A DNA stretch of 64,000 bases from Parcubacteria group bacterium Gr01-1014_20 (lineage in GTDB: Bacteria > Patescibacteriota > Minisyncoccia > UBA6257 > 2-01-FULL-56-20), in assembly GCA_007376265.1 (NCBI GenBank), contig VMFW01000002.1, positions 13,970 to 77,969 of the forward strand. Direction: 5' to 3'. Shown here piece after piece: positions 38,897 to 48,581 of the stretch. The notes beneath the pieces were generated by a model. It was not told the DNA's origin, ran no database searches, and saw nothing but the letters and a program-made list of their open reading frames with translations. Within the stretch, counting starts at the first letter, position 1. Each line of letters starts with the position of its first letter. The translations under genes were made by a program, and so were the position numbers.

Positions 38897-38960
38897 TTTT
38901 ATTTTTGAGAAGCTATCGGAGGTAACGTAGGTGGCCGAGATGCAGGCAAATTTTCAGTAG
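38897..38960 (-). repeat. structured intergenic element, copy 3 of 3 (short deletion variant, abuts the guaA 3' end)
   Basis: TTTATTTTTGAGAAGCTATCGGAGG...GGCCGAGATGCAGGC retains both ends of the 7618 and 9071 elements with the internal hairpin deleted. Confidence 0.45.
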
Positions 38961-38997
38961 AAAATTATGCCGGTTCTCAAAAAGAAAAGTTTGAGCG

Positions 38998-40563
38998 TTA
39001 TTCGTATTCGACAGTCGCCGGTGGTTTTTGAGTAACATCGTACAAAACTCTATTCACTCCCCGCACTTCGCGCACAATTCGACTAGAAACCTTCTCCAAA
39101 ACTTCAACAGGCATCTTATGCCAATCCGCACTCATCCCGTCCACCGAATCGACCGCCCGAAGTGAAATCATGTATTCATAAGTTCTTGCGTCCCCCATCA
39201 CTCCAACTGTTTTTAGTGGCAGAAGCACCGCAAACGCCTGCCAAATTTTTTCATACTCACCCGCTCCCTCGAGCTCTTCCATATAGATACTATCGGCCTC
39301 TCTCAAAATCCTTAGTCTATCTGGTGTCACTTCACCAACAATTCGCACCGCTAGTCCCGGCCCCGGAAAAGGATGCCGCCACAAAAGATCCTTCGGCAAA
39401 CCCAAAAGCTTTCCCAACCTCCTAACTTCATCTTTATATAAGTCGCGAATCGGTTCAACTACCTCAAAACCCAATTTGGCCGGCAAAGTTAAGTTGTGAT
39501 GGCTTTTTATTTTTGAAGCGTGCCCACCTGGCTCGGCTGACTCAATCCTGTCCGGATAAATCGTTCCTTGGGCAAAGTATTTTATCTTGTGCTTAGATAA
39601 CTTAGTTTTTATGAACTTCTCAAAAACCTCAATAAAAGTGTGACCGATGATTTTTCGTTTCTTTTCCGGATCGGTCACCCCCTGAAGCCTTTTTAAGAAA
39701 AGATCTTTCGCTCCAAGTAGATGAAAATTCTTTAGCCTAAGATCCTTAAATACCTTTACAACTTGTTCTGCCTCACCTTTGCGAAGTAGTCCCGTATCCA
39801 CAAAAACCGCATGGCAGCTTCCTCCAACTGCCTCATTCAATAGCGTCGCCACCACGAGTGAATCAACCCCACCTGAAACCCCAACCAATATGTGATTTTC
39901 GCCAATTTTCCTCTTGAGCGACTGGGTTAAACCGCTTCTAACCGAGGCAATTTTCCAGTCTTGTTTAGCCCTACAAACCTGAAAAACAAAGTTCGAAATT
40001 ATCCTTATGCCACTTACCGTGTGGGTCACCTCCGGGTGAAACTGAACCCCCCAAATCCGCCTCTTAAGGTCCGCAACTCCAGCATTTGGACAACCCAAAG
40101 TCGAAGCTAATCTTATAAAACCTTTAGGTAACCCAGTAACCTGATCACCGTGCGAGAACCAAACTGTTTCTTCTTTTGAAAGTCCTAAAAAAATTCCTGT
40201 TCTATCCAAAACACTCAAAGTTTCCTTTCCAAACTCCCTTCTCGTTCCGGCCTTAACTTTTCCACCCAACATCTCGGCTATCACCTGCTCGCCATAACAA
40301 ATTCCCAAAATTGGAACTCCTAAATCAAAAATTCTCCTGTCGGGTCTCGGACTACCTTTTTCTAGAACCGATGCCGGCCCACCTGACAGAATTATACCCG
40401 CTGGCTTTAATTCCTGAATCTTCAAGGCGGGAACATCAAAACGCAAAATCTCGGCCCGAACGCCGAGATCTCTTACTCTCCTCGCAATTAAATGCGCAAA
40501 CTGGCTACCGAAATTTAATACTAATACCATACTCAACTGTATCAAAAATCCGTTGAAAATCAA
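38998..40563 (-). CDS. guaA: GMP synthase (glutamine-hydrolysing)
   Basis: GATase-1 domain, then ATP-PPase VGVSGGVDSLVVATLL and the C-terminal dimerisation domain ending ...PATVEYE; real start probably MVLVLNFGSQ (~40530). Confidence 0.9.
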   Translation of the reverse strand: MIFNGFLIQLSMVLVLNFGSQFAHLIARRVRDLGVRAEILRFDVPALKIQELKPAGIILSGGPASVLEKGSPRPDRRIFDLGVPILGICYGEQVIAEMLGGKVKAGTRREFGKETLSVLDRTGIFLGLSKEETVWFSHGDQVTGLPKGFIRLASTLGCPNAGVADLKRRIWGVQFHPEVTHTVSGIRIISNFVFQVCRAKQDWKIASVRSGLTQSLKRKIGENHILVGVSGGVDSLVVATLLNEAVGGSCHAVFVDTGLLRKGEAEQVVKVFKDLRLKNFHLLGAKDLFLKRLQGVTDPEKKRKIIGHTFIEVFEKFIKTKLSKHKIKYFAQGTIYPDRIESAEPGGHASKIKSHHNLTLPAKLGFEVVEPIRDLYKDEVRRLGKLLGLPKDLLWRHPFPGPGLAVRIVGEVTPDRLRILREADSIYMEELEGAGEYEKIWQAFAVLLPLKTVGVMGDARTYEYMISLRAVDSVDGMSADWHKMPVEVLEKVSSRIVREVRGVNRVLYDVTQKPPATVEYE

Positions 40564-40571
40564 ACCAAAAA

Positions 40572-41432
40572 CTACTCCTGTGAATTCTGAGGGCTCGGCA
40601 CATCAACCAGTCCAAACTCTGCCGAAATATCCAAACTCACTCGTGCGTAACTTTTGTTTTTAGAAATCTTAGTCCACCTAACTTCGTCCACCACTTCTCC
40701 ATTCGCGTTTAAAGTTATCAAAGAATTATTTTCGTAAGCGAGCTCGTACGACTTCGGCCAAAAAATATCCGGCGTCACTTTCCCGCGATACTCCTCGCTC
40801 ACCATCAAAAAGTATTTTCGGCTCGGAATAATTTTACCCTGAAATCTTTTCGAAGAGATCAAAACCGATTCCGTCCCACTCGCGCTTTTTTTCTTGACCG
40901 ACCAGCCCGTTAAATCCACCGAAGTCTCATTCGGGTTGTAAATTTCCACAAATTCGTCGTCCGTTGAAGCACTCGACCCCACGGCCACCTCGGTGATAAA
41001 AACTTTTTGAAGAACTGCGACGCGATTGCTCTCGCTTACAGTCGGAAGTTTCGTGTTTGATTCACTGCTCACCGTTTCTCTCGCAAAAGTTTTCATCTCA
41101 AAACTACTGGGATTTGAGAGTTTCTCCCTTGAAGTGTTCGAGGGCGCGGCGCCACGAGCGGCTGAATCCGAATTGGCAGTATTTCCATCTTCAATTCCAT
41201 CCTTTTCATTTCCCAACTCGCTAAGATCAAGTTCATAAATCGATTTTTCATGCCTTACTCCAAAAACATCCTGCAAGGTTTGAGAAATCGAAGCCGAAAA
41301 ATTCGATAATAGGTAATTTCGATCAGAAAATTTTACAACTAAGAAGACAGCGAGTATCACAACTACAAAACCGCCAACTCCAAACAAAAATTTCGACTGC
41401 TTCCAAGTTTTCTTATCTTCAAAACCCTCCAT
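40572..41432 (-). CDS. membrane-anchored protein with C-terminal lamin-tail domain (LTD)
   Basis: N-terminal TM; LTD-like DEFVEIYNPNETSVDLTGWSV...LITLNANGEVVDEV. Confidence 0.55.
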   Translation of the reverse strand: MEGFEDKKTWKQSKFLFGVGGFVVVILAVFLVVKFSDRNYLLSNFSASISQTLQDVFGVRHEKSIYELDLSELGNEKDGIEDGNTANSDSAARGAAPSNTSREKLSNPSSFEMKTFARETVSSESNTKLPTVSESNRVAVLQKVFITEVAVGSSASTDDEFVEIYNPNETSVDLTGWSVKKKSASGTESVLISSKRFQGKIIPSRKYFLMVSEEYRGKVTPDIFWPKSYELAYENNSLITLNANGEVVDEVRWTKISKNKSYARVSLDISAEFGLVDVPSPQNSQE

Positions 41433-41762
41433 TTGCCAAAAATTAGAGAAAATTTTTTAAAGTCTAACTCCTCAAAAACCTGTCAATAGGAAAAAGGACC
41501 TCCCCCCACCAAGCGGGCAACCCTGTCGCCAAACGCCACCTTTGAAACGTCAGGTTTTACAGACTCCAAGCCCGAGTCCACTCCCAAATAATACTTACTT
41601 CCACCCGAGTCGGCAAATTTTTGAGAGTTATCCCCAAAGTGGGAAATTTTCGGCACTTTGCTCGGTGGTAAACTTATCGGGTGCAAAAATTCTTGCCCTG
41701 CGAGATGGCAAAAAAATAGAAAAAATAAAAAGTCGTCGGCAAAGTAAAAAGATATAAAAATC

Positions 41763-44060
41763 ATGTTCACCAAAAAGCATCACTTCGCTGAAGTGAGAAA
41801 AAGGGACGGTCGCATCGCTCCGTTTGATCAAAGTCGAATCACTAGAGCCATCTCGCGCGCCATGCAAGCCGTGAATGAAGGCGATCCAATCAAGGATGCG
41901 GAACGGGTCACCGAACAAGTCATGGCGACATTATCAAAAAAATACCCCGAAGGGGTGCTTCCCGGTATCGAAGGCATCCAGGACGTCGTTGAATCGCAAT
42001 TAATCTTGATGGATTTCGCCAAAACCGCTAAAGCCTACATTCTCTATCGAAGTGAAAGATCAAAAATCAGGAACCAAAAACGCGACATCCCTGAAAATAT
42101 TAAAAAGCTCGCCGACGAAAGCAAAAAACATTTTAGAAACCCGCTTGCTGAATTTATCTACTACCGCACCTACTCACGTTGGATAGAAAACGAAGGCCGC
42201 CGAGAAACCTGGATCGAAACGGTTGATCGTTATATGCATTTCATGATTGAAAATTTGGGAAATAAACTGGACGACCAAGAATACTCTGATGTCCGGGAAG
42301 CAATTCTGCGCCAAGAAGTAATGCCGTCGATGCGCCTCATGTGGGCCGCTGGCAAAGCGGCAAGAAGTTCAAATGTTGCCGCATTCAACTGTTCCTACAT
42401 CGCCCCATCAAAAATCGAAGACTTCGCCGAGATTATGTACATCTTAATGTGCGGCACGGGCGTTGGTTTCTCGGTTGAATCTCAAACCGTTCAAGAACTT
42501 CCCCAAATCAAAAAAAGAAACGGTCATCCTATCAAAATTCATGAATACGTAATCGAAGACTCCAAAGAAGGTTGGGCTGACGCTTTCACTTTTGGACTCA
42601 AAGCCTGGTGGAATGCGGAGGATGTAAAATTTGATTATTCAAAAATTCGTGCGGCCGGGGAAAGACTTCACACTATGGGTGGCCGAAGCTCCGGCCCCGA
42701 ACCCCTTCGAGCCCTCCTTGAATTTTCTCGGCACAAAATTTTATCTAAACAAGGCAAGCGTCTTTCCAACATCGACGTCCACGACGTTATTTGTAAAACC
42801 GGCGAAGTTGTCGTAATGGGCGGGGTCAGAAGATCAGCTCTAATCTCTCTCTCCGACCTAGATGATCCCGAAATGCGCGATGCCAAAAAAGGCGCCTTCT
42901 ACAACAAAGAACCCCAAAGAGCGTTGGCCAATAATTCTGCCGCCTACAACGAAAAACCGACCGCCACCCAATTCATGGAAGAGTGGTTGGCGCTCGCCCA
43001 AAGCGGTTCTGGTGAGCGGGGCATTTTCAACCGCGGCGGACTAAAAAAACAACTGCCGGAACGCCGCTGGAAAGTTTTTGAAGAAGACTCGCACACCTCC
43101 GGCACTAATCCCTGCGGTGAAATCGTCCTAAAGTCAAAGGAATTCTGCAATCTCTCCGAAGTAGTCTGTCGTCTCGAAGACACAGAAGATACATTGCTCA
43201 GAAAGACTCGTTTGGCCACCATTTTAGGTACCTATCAGTCCACCCTGACCAATTTTCCCTACCTTTCAAAGGACTGGAAGAAAAACTGCGACGAGGAGCG
43301 TCTCCTGGGCGTCTCTATTACTGGCCAGTGGGATTCTCCTGGCGTGAGAAACCCCGAAACCCTCAAAAAAATGAAGGCGGAAGCCATCAAAACCAATCAA
43401 GAGTTTGCCAAAAAGATGGGCGTGAATATTTCAACCTGCATCACCTGCGTGAAACCATCCGGCACCGTCTCCCAATTAGTTGATGCCTCCTCCGGTGGCC
43501 ACGCCCGCCATGCCAAACACTACATCCGGCGCGTCCGCATTGCCGCAACCGACACCCTCTTCCAGATGATGAAGGACCAAAAAGTTACTTACTACCCCGA
43601 AGTCGGCCAAACCGCCGGCGCGGCTAGCACCTATGTTTTAGAATTTCCAGTTAAAGCGCCGGAGGGTTCAGTTTTCAAAAACGACTTAACCGCCAAACAA
43701 CAACTCGAACACTGGAAGATGGTTAAGGAAAATTTCACCGAGCACAATCCCTCCGTCACCATCTCCGTTGGCGACAACGAATGGATTGGCGTTTCAAACT
43801 GGCTTTATGATAATTGGGATATGCTGGGCGGCCTATCCTTCCTCCCTCGCGACAACCACGTCTACGCTCTCGCCCCCTACGAAGAAATTACTGAAGAGCG
43901 CTACGAGGAAATGATGAGCAAATTCCCGGAAATCGATTTCTCTCAAATCATTATTTACGAACACGACGATCAAACCCAAGGCGCCAAAGAATTGGCTTGT
44001 GTCTCTGGCGTCTGCGAAATAGACTCTGTCCCTACCGAAAAGAACATGGTCAGCATCTAA
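41763..44060 (+). CDS. nrdJ: class II (adenosylcobalamin-dependent) ribonucleotide reductase with N-terminal ATP-cone
   Basis: ATP-cone (VRKRDGRIAPFDQSRITRAISRA) and the NPCGEIVL motif of class II RNR with the catalytic Cys region. Confidence 0.85.
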   Translation: MFTKKHHFAEVRKRDGRIAPFDQSRITRAISRAMQAVNEGDPIKDAERVTEQVMATLSKKYPEGVLPGIEGIQDVVESQLILMDFAKTAKAYILYRSERSKIRNQKRDIPENIKKLADESKKHFRNPLAEFIYYRTYSRWIENEGRRETWIETVDRYMHFMIENLGNKLDDQEYSDVREAILRQEVMPSMRLMWAAGKAARSSNVAAFNCSYIAPSKIEDFAEIMYILMCGTGVGFSVESQTVQELPQIKKRNGHPIKIHEYVIEDSKEGWADAFTFGLKAWWNAEDVKFDYSKIRAAGERLHTMGGRSSGPEPLRALLEFSRHKILSKQGKRLSNIDVHDVICKTGEVVVMGGVRRSALISLSDLDDPEMRDAKKGAFYNKEPQRALANNSAAYNEKPTATQFMEEWLALAQSGSGERGIFNRGGLKKQLPERRWKVFEEDSHTSGTNPCGEIVLKSKEFCNLSEVVCRLEDTEDTLLRKTRLATILGTYQSTLTNFPYLSKDWKKNCDEERLLGVSITGQWDSPGVRNPETLKKMKAEAIKTNQEFAKKMGVNISTCITCVKPSGTVSQLVDASSGGHARHAKHYIRRVRIAATDTLFQMMKDQKVTYYPEVGQTAGAASTYVLEFPVKAPEGSVFKNDLTAKQQLEHWKMVKENFTEHNPSVTISVGDNEWIGVSNWLYDNWDMLGGLSFLPRDNHVYALAPYEEITEERYEEMMSKFPEIDFSQIIIYEHDDQTQGAKELACVSGVCEIDSVPTEKNMVSI

Positions 44061-44087
44061 GCGCCAAAATCTAGAACCAACAAGTTC

Positions 44088-45053
44088 CTAGAGGACCGCC
44101 GCTACCGCCTCGACCAGCTCATTGTTGAAAACAACAACCCATAAAATAATGAGTAACATAAACACCCCGTTCAAGATAAGATCGGGGTGTTGAATTTTTA
44201 TTTTTATTAGAATCTTCAAAAGCAAGGCAAAGCCCACCACAGCGGCAAATATCAAGTAAACATAATTCGTAAGAGTTTTAGGTTGCGACGCTATGCGTTC
44301 GATGGGAGATGCTAAAGACAAAACCGGGGTCTCTAGGACATCGCTAATTTTGTCGTCGATAAACTCTGCCCCCTGAACCGCAACGAAAGTTTCACTTGGG
44401 TGGGCGGCAATCTGATTTTCCTCTGGGCTAACTTCGCGAGGAGGTACAGTCAAAACAACTTGAAGTTCCTCCGAAATAACTGCCGGCATCGGTCGGCCAA
44501 AAAATTGCACCACAAAAAATGCGTTCCTCCCTTCATACAAACCCTCGGCTACGCCAATCCCAACTTCAGTAAAATGATTGTTTAGTATATTCGCTCGATG
44601 GGTTGGTGAGGCCAGCCACGCGTTAGTTACCTCTCTCGAGTCAGTAAAATTGATGGCTAGATTCTCTCCCGCGTAAACAAAATTATAATCAGCTTGATCA
44701 AACCAATACCAGGGCGTAACCCCTTCTGGGCTTACGTGGGCAAAATACCCCCTCGCCGCCATATCTTCTGCCTTCATTTGTGCCCCTTTAGCGAGATTGG
44801 GGTCCAATTTAAGTAAAACTAGACTTTGACCTCCTCTCGCCTCATTCGCGTAATCCACCAATACGTTTGGAAGAATCGCTGCCAGAAATTTAGACTGGGG
44901 AAAAACCAGAAAGTTTCCTAAAAGAAACAGGGTTTCAAATATTACAAGTAGGGCAATCGCGTAAACGACCCTTTCCCTTCTCAAGAAATGTGGACGATGG
45001 TCATTCTCAGCGTGGGGAATAAAATATTTTTTGAATAGTTGTTTTAGATCCAT
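44088..45053 (-). CDS. CAP/SCP (PR-1-like) domain protein with TM segments
   Basis: YFAHVSPEG...GENLA...AWLASPTHRANIL CAP signature, flanked by hydrophobic helices. Confidence 0.7.
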   Translation of the reverse strand: MDLKQLFKKYFIPHAENDHRPHFLRRERVVYAIALLVIFETLFLLGNFLVFPQSKFLAAILPNVLVDYANEARGGQSLVLLKLDPNLAKGAQMKAEDMAARGYFAHVSPEGVTPWYWFDQADYNFVYAGENLAINFTDSREVTNAWLASPTHRANILNNHFTEVGIGVAEGLYEGRNAFFVVQFFGRPMPAVISEELQVVLTVPPREVSPEENQIAAHPSETFVAVQGAEFIDDKISDVLETPVLSLASPIERIASQPKTLTNYVYLIFAAVVGFALLLKILIKIKIQHPDLILNGVFMLLIILWVVVFNNELVEAVAAVL

Positions 45054-45109
45054 AAAACTAATCTAGCGGAGAACGCTCTCCCTTACTTTATACTACAAAT
45101 TATGAAAAA

Positions 45110-45141
45110 AAGCAACCCCTAGTAAGATCCTAGGGGTTGCT
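45110..45141 (-). terminator. rho-independent terminator CAACCCCTA..TAGGGGTTG after the 793-aa protein gene
   Basis: 9-bp stem with a minus-strand U-run (TTTTTTTCAT). Confidence 0.7.
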
Positions 45142-45158
45142 ATAGCTTCGATTTCTTC

Positions 45159-47540
45159 TTACGGCAAAAGTGGAATCGGTAGATTGAGCGCTGGGCAAGC
45201 CAAGTTGTTGAGAGCCCGACGGGTTGTTTTGTAAACATACCCAGTTGAACTCGTGCCGTCATGACCAAATGGAACCCAAGGAAGAAGTACGTCTTTAGCA
45301 TTCTTCACTTGGAACCTTCGAACCGCCCCTTCCGTCAAAGAACCATAGAAACCCGTGAGCGGAAGACTTTCGCCCTCAAAGTTATTCAAAAACTCCTGGA
45401 GTTTTACAACTTGAAGTATGTCATTATTCGCTCCTCTCCTAATAAAAGAGCCTAGATGCACGCCACAAGTTGTACTGTCACCCAAGACCTGACCAATGGG
45501 GGTTCCCGTGTTTACACCAAGCACCTCTCCGCTCGGAGCCGAACCTCCCCCACCCCCACCACCAGTAAGGATAACGGTTGGATTTTCACCACCCCCACCA
45601 CCGTTTCCACCATCGCCTCCACCACCAGTATCATCATCCCCAGGCGGCGTAACAGCCACGTCATCAAAAGTCAGTTGGCAACTCTTAGTTTCTCCGGCCG
45701 CGATCGTCCCACTGCATTCACTAGACACACCAACCGTGTAGCCAGTTAAACTCCCTGAGACCGCATAAGAACCCGGCGCCAAGGTCACCTCGGTTGGAGA
45801 AGTGTTTCCCGGAAAGCTAGGGTTCGAAACATCAGTTCCGGTTACAGTGACTCCAGCATCGGAAGGAAGCTTCACCCCTCCATCGTTATTCGTCATCCCC
45901 ACCGTGACGTTGAGTTTAGGCATGAAAGCGGAGCAATCTGGATCGTTTAAATCAGTAAGCTCGTCGCCATCGTTATCTTGGCTGTCAGTGCAACGTTCTA
46001 AATTATTCTCCTCCACTGTTTCAGCTACGGGGTCGTTGTTAACTATCGTACAGGTCTTGCTTTCACCAACCGCGATCGTCCCAGAACAATTTTCGCCCGA
46101 GGTTTTCAAGTAACCAAAACTGTCTTCCTCGTCCACTGAATAAATTCCCGGCAAAAGCGTGACTAAAGTTCCCGCGCCCGATCCAGCGAAGGAGGGAGTG
46201 GAGACGCCAGTTCCCGTAACCATTAAAGTGAAATCGGAAGCTAATTTTACGCCACCGTTGTCATTTATTACCTCTTTAATAACCGTAAGTCTAGGCAGAA
46301 AAGACGAGCAGTCGGGATCGTTTAAATCCACCAACTCATCGTCATCATTATCTTCACCGTCAGTGCAGAACTCCAAAGTATTTTCCTCTCCCGGCTCAAC
46401 CACCGCAACGTCATCATTGGTAATGGTACAGGTTCTTGAATCACCGATTCCGATACTCCCAGAGCAATCAGCGCTCAAAGATTTGCTATAGCCCTGCGCA
46501 TCTACTTCGTCCACGCTGTAAGAACCAGGATCGAGCGTAATTACAGTCCCCACCTCCGAACCGGGAAAGCTCGAAGGGTTAGCGTCAGAGCCAATCACCG
46601 AGATTGTGAAATCGGAAGCTAATTTTACTCCGCCGTTGTCATTAATAACGTGTTTCACAACCGTGAGTTTTGGAATAAACGTGCTACAATCCGGATCGTC
46701 AAGATCCACCCTACTATCATTGTCGTTGTCAATCGTATCCGAGCAAAGCAAGAGGGTGTTTTCCACCGCTTGTACCACCACCCTCACCGTTCTCTGAGCA
46801 CTAGCCCAAACCTCCTGGGAGTCTAGGACCATATAGGTCCGAATGTAATCACCCAAAACGCCGGTGTTAACCGCGCCGCTCGCAAGAATACCAGAAGTTA
46901 AATCCCCGTCCTCTGAATCTAAAGCGGTGGCTCCTGGATCAGTAAAAATAGAACTCTGAGATACAATAAGGGGGTTGTCACCCAAAAGAGTGATGACTGG
47001 TGGCAAATTCTCTCCGTTGTCATCGGGATCAGAACACCCATCATCATTCGAATCAACTTCACCATCGCCATCGTTATCAAGCGCATCGGAGCACTGTGGA
47101 GGAATAACAACCGTGATGGTAACGACCGCATCACCCGACGCCTCCGCGCCCGGTGGATTGCCATGGTAAATCTTTGCCGTCACACCATAAGTTCCTGCGC
47201 TATTATATTGATGCGAATTACTCCAGGAACCAGAGAAGTTGCTACCGGAGCCAATCAAGCTTAGGGGCGAAGTGTTGCTTACCAATCCATCACCCCATCG
47301 AACTTGAACATTATGCTGACTAAGCTGCCCAGCAAAATTGGTTGAACTAGCTAGACCAGTCAAACTCAATATCTGATGAGCATTAACTGAGCTGTTTGTT
47401 ATTGAAATAAAGTACTCTGGCTTGGCTGCATCCGCCCTTTCACTAAATTTTAAAACCCCAAAGACTAGGCCCAAAAAAAACAATGCAAGGAACGCCCTCC
47501 TCATTGAAAAACCATCAACCTTTTTATTTAAAACACCCAT
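45159..47540 (-). CDS. secreted repetitive 793-aa protein: three ~120-aa Asp-rich calcium-binding-like/beta-sandwich repeats, Gly-rich linker, C-terminal peptidoglycan-binding-like domain
   Basis: Signal peptide; the unit ...CSDxxDNDxDxxVDxNDPDCSxFxPKLTVxKxVINDNGGVKLASDFT... occurs three times with a DNA period of about 370 bp; C-terminal VVKLQEFLNNFEGESLPLTGFYGSLTEGAVRRFQ. Confidence 0.75.
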   Translation of the reverse strand: MGVLNKKVDGFSMRRAFLALFFLGLVFGVLKFSERADAAKPEYFISITNSSVNAHQILSLTGLASSTNFAGQLSQHNVQVRWGDGLVSNTSPLSLIGSGSNFSGSWSNSHQYNSAGTYGVTAKIYHGNPPGAEASGDAVVTITVVIPPQCSDALDNDGDGEVDSNDDGCSDPDDNGENLPPVITLLGDNPLIVSQSSIFTDPGATALDSEDGDLTSGILASGAVNTGVLGDYIRTYMVLDSQEVWASAQRTVRVVVQAVENTLLLCSDTIDNDNDSRVDLDDPDCSTFIPKLTVVKHVINDNGGVKLASDFTISVIGSDANPSSFPGSEVGTVITLDPGSYSVDEVDAQGYSKSLSADCSGSIGIGDSRTCTITNDDVAVVEPGEENTLEFCTDGEDNDDDELVDLNDPDCSSFLPRLTVIKEVINDNGGVKLASDFTLMVTGTGVSTPSFAGSGAGTLVTLLPGIYSVDEEDSFGYLKTSGENCSGTIAVGESKTCTIVNNDPVAETVEENNLERCTDSQDNDGDELTDLNDPDCSAFMPKLNVTVGMTNNDGGVKLPSDAGVTVTGTDVSNPSFPGNTSPTEVTLAPGSYAVSGSLTGYTVGVSSECSGTIAAGETKSCQLTFDDVAVTPPGDDDTGGGGDGGNGGGGGENPTVILTGGGGGGGSAPSGEVLGVNTGTPIGQVLGDSTTCGVHLGSFIRRGANNDILQVVKLQEFLNNFEGESLPLTGFYGSLTEGAVRRFQVKNAKDVLLPWVPFGHDGTSSTGYVYKTTRRALNNLACPALNLPIPLLP

Positions 47541-47673
47541 TGGATTTTTTATCCGTGGTTTTTTCCGACATAAAACTTATACCCCATACCCTCATAGACT
47601 GTCAAATAGCCCCCCGTTGCCAAAAAACCAAAAACCAGCTACATTAACTACCAGCAACCAAAAGGAGGGGTTT

Positions 47674-47985
47674 GTGAAAATCACTGCGCAAGCGAAGGAA
47701 AAACCAAGGAAAAGAAACACGACGAAGCCTAAGTACGCTTGGTGGATCGAACCGATTGATGACATCACCAACCAAGCCATTGTTGACGAATTGCCCACCT
47801 CAAACATCGAACTGATCGAGATTGAGGGAGAAAGAAAAAGGCGTGCCTGGCCCTGTAGTTCAGATCTGATTCATAGGCTCAAAAAAGCCATGCAGACATC
47901 CCAAATCACTCTTCGCTACTACGTTTACAATCGCCGCGGCCAGGGCCAAATTCGCCGCGTTCCCATCTTTGAACCCACCAGATAA
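47674..47985 (+). CDS. hypothetical small basic protein (~103 aa, GTG start)
   Basis: RBS AAAGGAGGGG 5 nt before the GTG at 47674; the 187-aa ORF in the track is an upstream extension overlapping the convergent gene start. Confidence 0.45.
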   Translation: MKITAQAKEKPRKRNTTKPKYAWWIEPIDDITNQAIVDELPTSNIELIEIEGERKRRAWPCSSDLIHRLKKAMQTSQITLRYYVYNRRGQGQIRRVPIFEPTR

Positions 47986-47994
47986 AAAAACAAA

Positions 47995-48033
47995 AACCCG
48001 TTCCGACAATTTGTCAGAACGGGTTTATTTTTT
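47995..48033. terminator. bidirectional terminator AACCCGTTCCGACAATTTGTCAGAACGGGTT flanked by A- and T-runs
   Basis: Serves the convergent genes 47674..47985 (+) and 48043..48387 (-). Confidence 0.7.
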
Positions 48034-48042
48034 CCTTCAATC

Positions 48043-48387
48043 TCAAACTAAATGATGATCTTCGAGCGTCCAAGCCGGTGAACTAAAAACCAAAACCCTC
48101 GCTGGGTGTTCTCGGCCATAATGACTCCAAGCCGAATGCACCTGACCCGGGAAAATCTGAATCGATTGACCTTCTACAGAAAGAAGAAAAACTCGATCAT
48201 CAATTCTTACGGCTAACATACCCTCGACGAGAGTATAGGTTTCGATCATTTTTTCATGTCGGTGAGGTTTAGATTGAATAATATCAGCCACCGCAATCCC
48301 AAAACCGGTCCCGTCTCCCGAAGTCACAACCTCATACACCGTCTCGTTCCCATCCGGCGCCTCAAACTTCGACTTGTACCAAGTCAC
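48043..48387 (-). CDS. cupin-domain protein
   Basis: Small beta-barrel pattern with a His cluster (HRHE...H). Confidence 0.6.
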   Translation of the reverse strand: MTWYKSKFEAPDGNETVYEVVTSGDGTGFGIAVADIIQSKPHRHEKMIETYTLVEGMLAVRIDDRVFLLSVEGQSIQIFPGQVHSAWSHYGREHPARVLVFSSPAWTLEDHHLV

Positions 48388-48581
48388 ATCCTCTCCTTTT
48401 TTAGAGTGAAATTTCTGCCCCCATCATGGCACACCCACATCTAATTTTCAAATCAATTTCCATTGACAAAAATTCTTAAAAAACACAAAATAAGGCGTCT
48501 CGAAAAAAGCTCCAAACAGGAAGCCAAACGAGAAGAAGTACCTTGAAATAAAAATACTAACGGATACGAAAGGAGTAATTA

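Noticed and set aside
41440-41762. Cobalamin riboswitch or NrdR box upstream of nrdJ
   Set aside because: No B12-box (AGYCMGgAgaCCkGCc-like) and no NrdR palindromes were recognisable. The small ORFs 41483..41918 are low-complexity and lack RBSs.
45456-46797. Several 60-110-aa plus-strand ORFs (proline/serine-rich)
   Set aside because: They are antisense to the repetitive 793-aa secreted protein gene; the periodic composition creates stop-free antisense frames.
47422-47985. 187-aa version of the small plus-strand gene
   Set aside because: The upstream 84 codons overlap the convergent start of the 793-aa gene and lack an RBS; the internal GTG at 47674 has a strong AAAGGAGGGG RBS.
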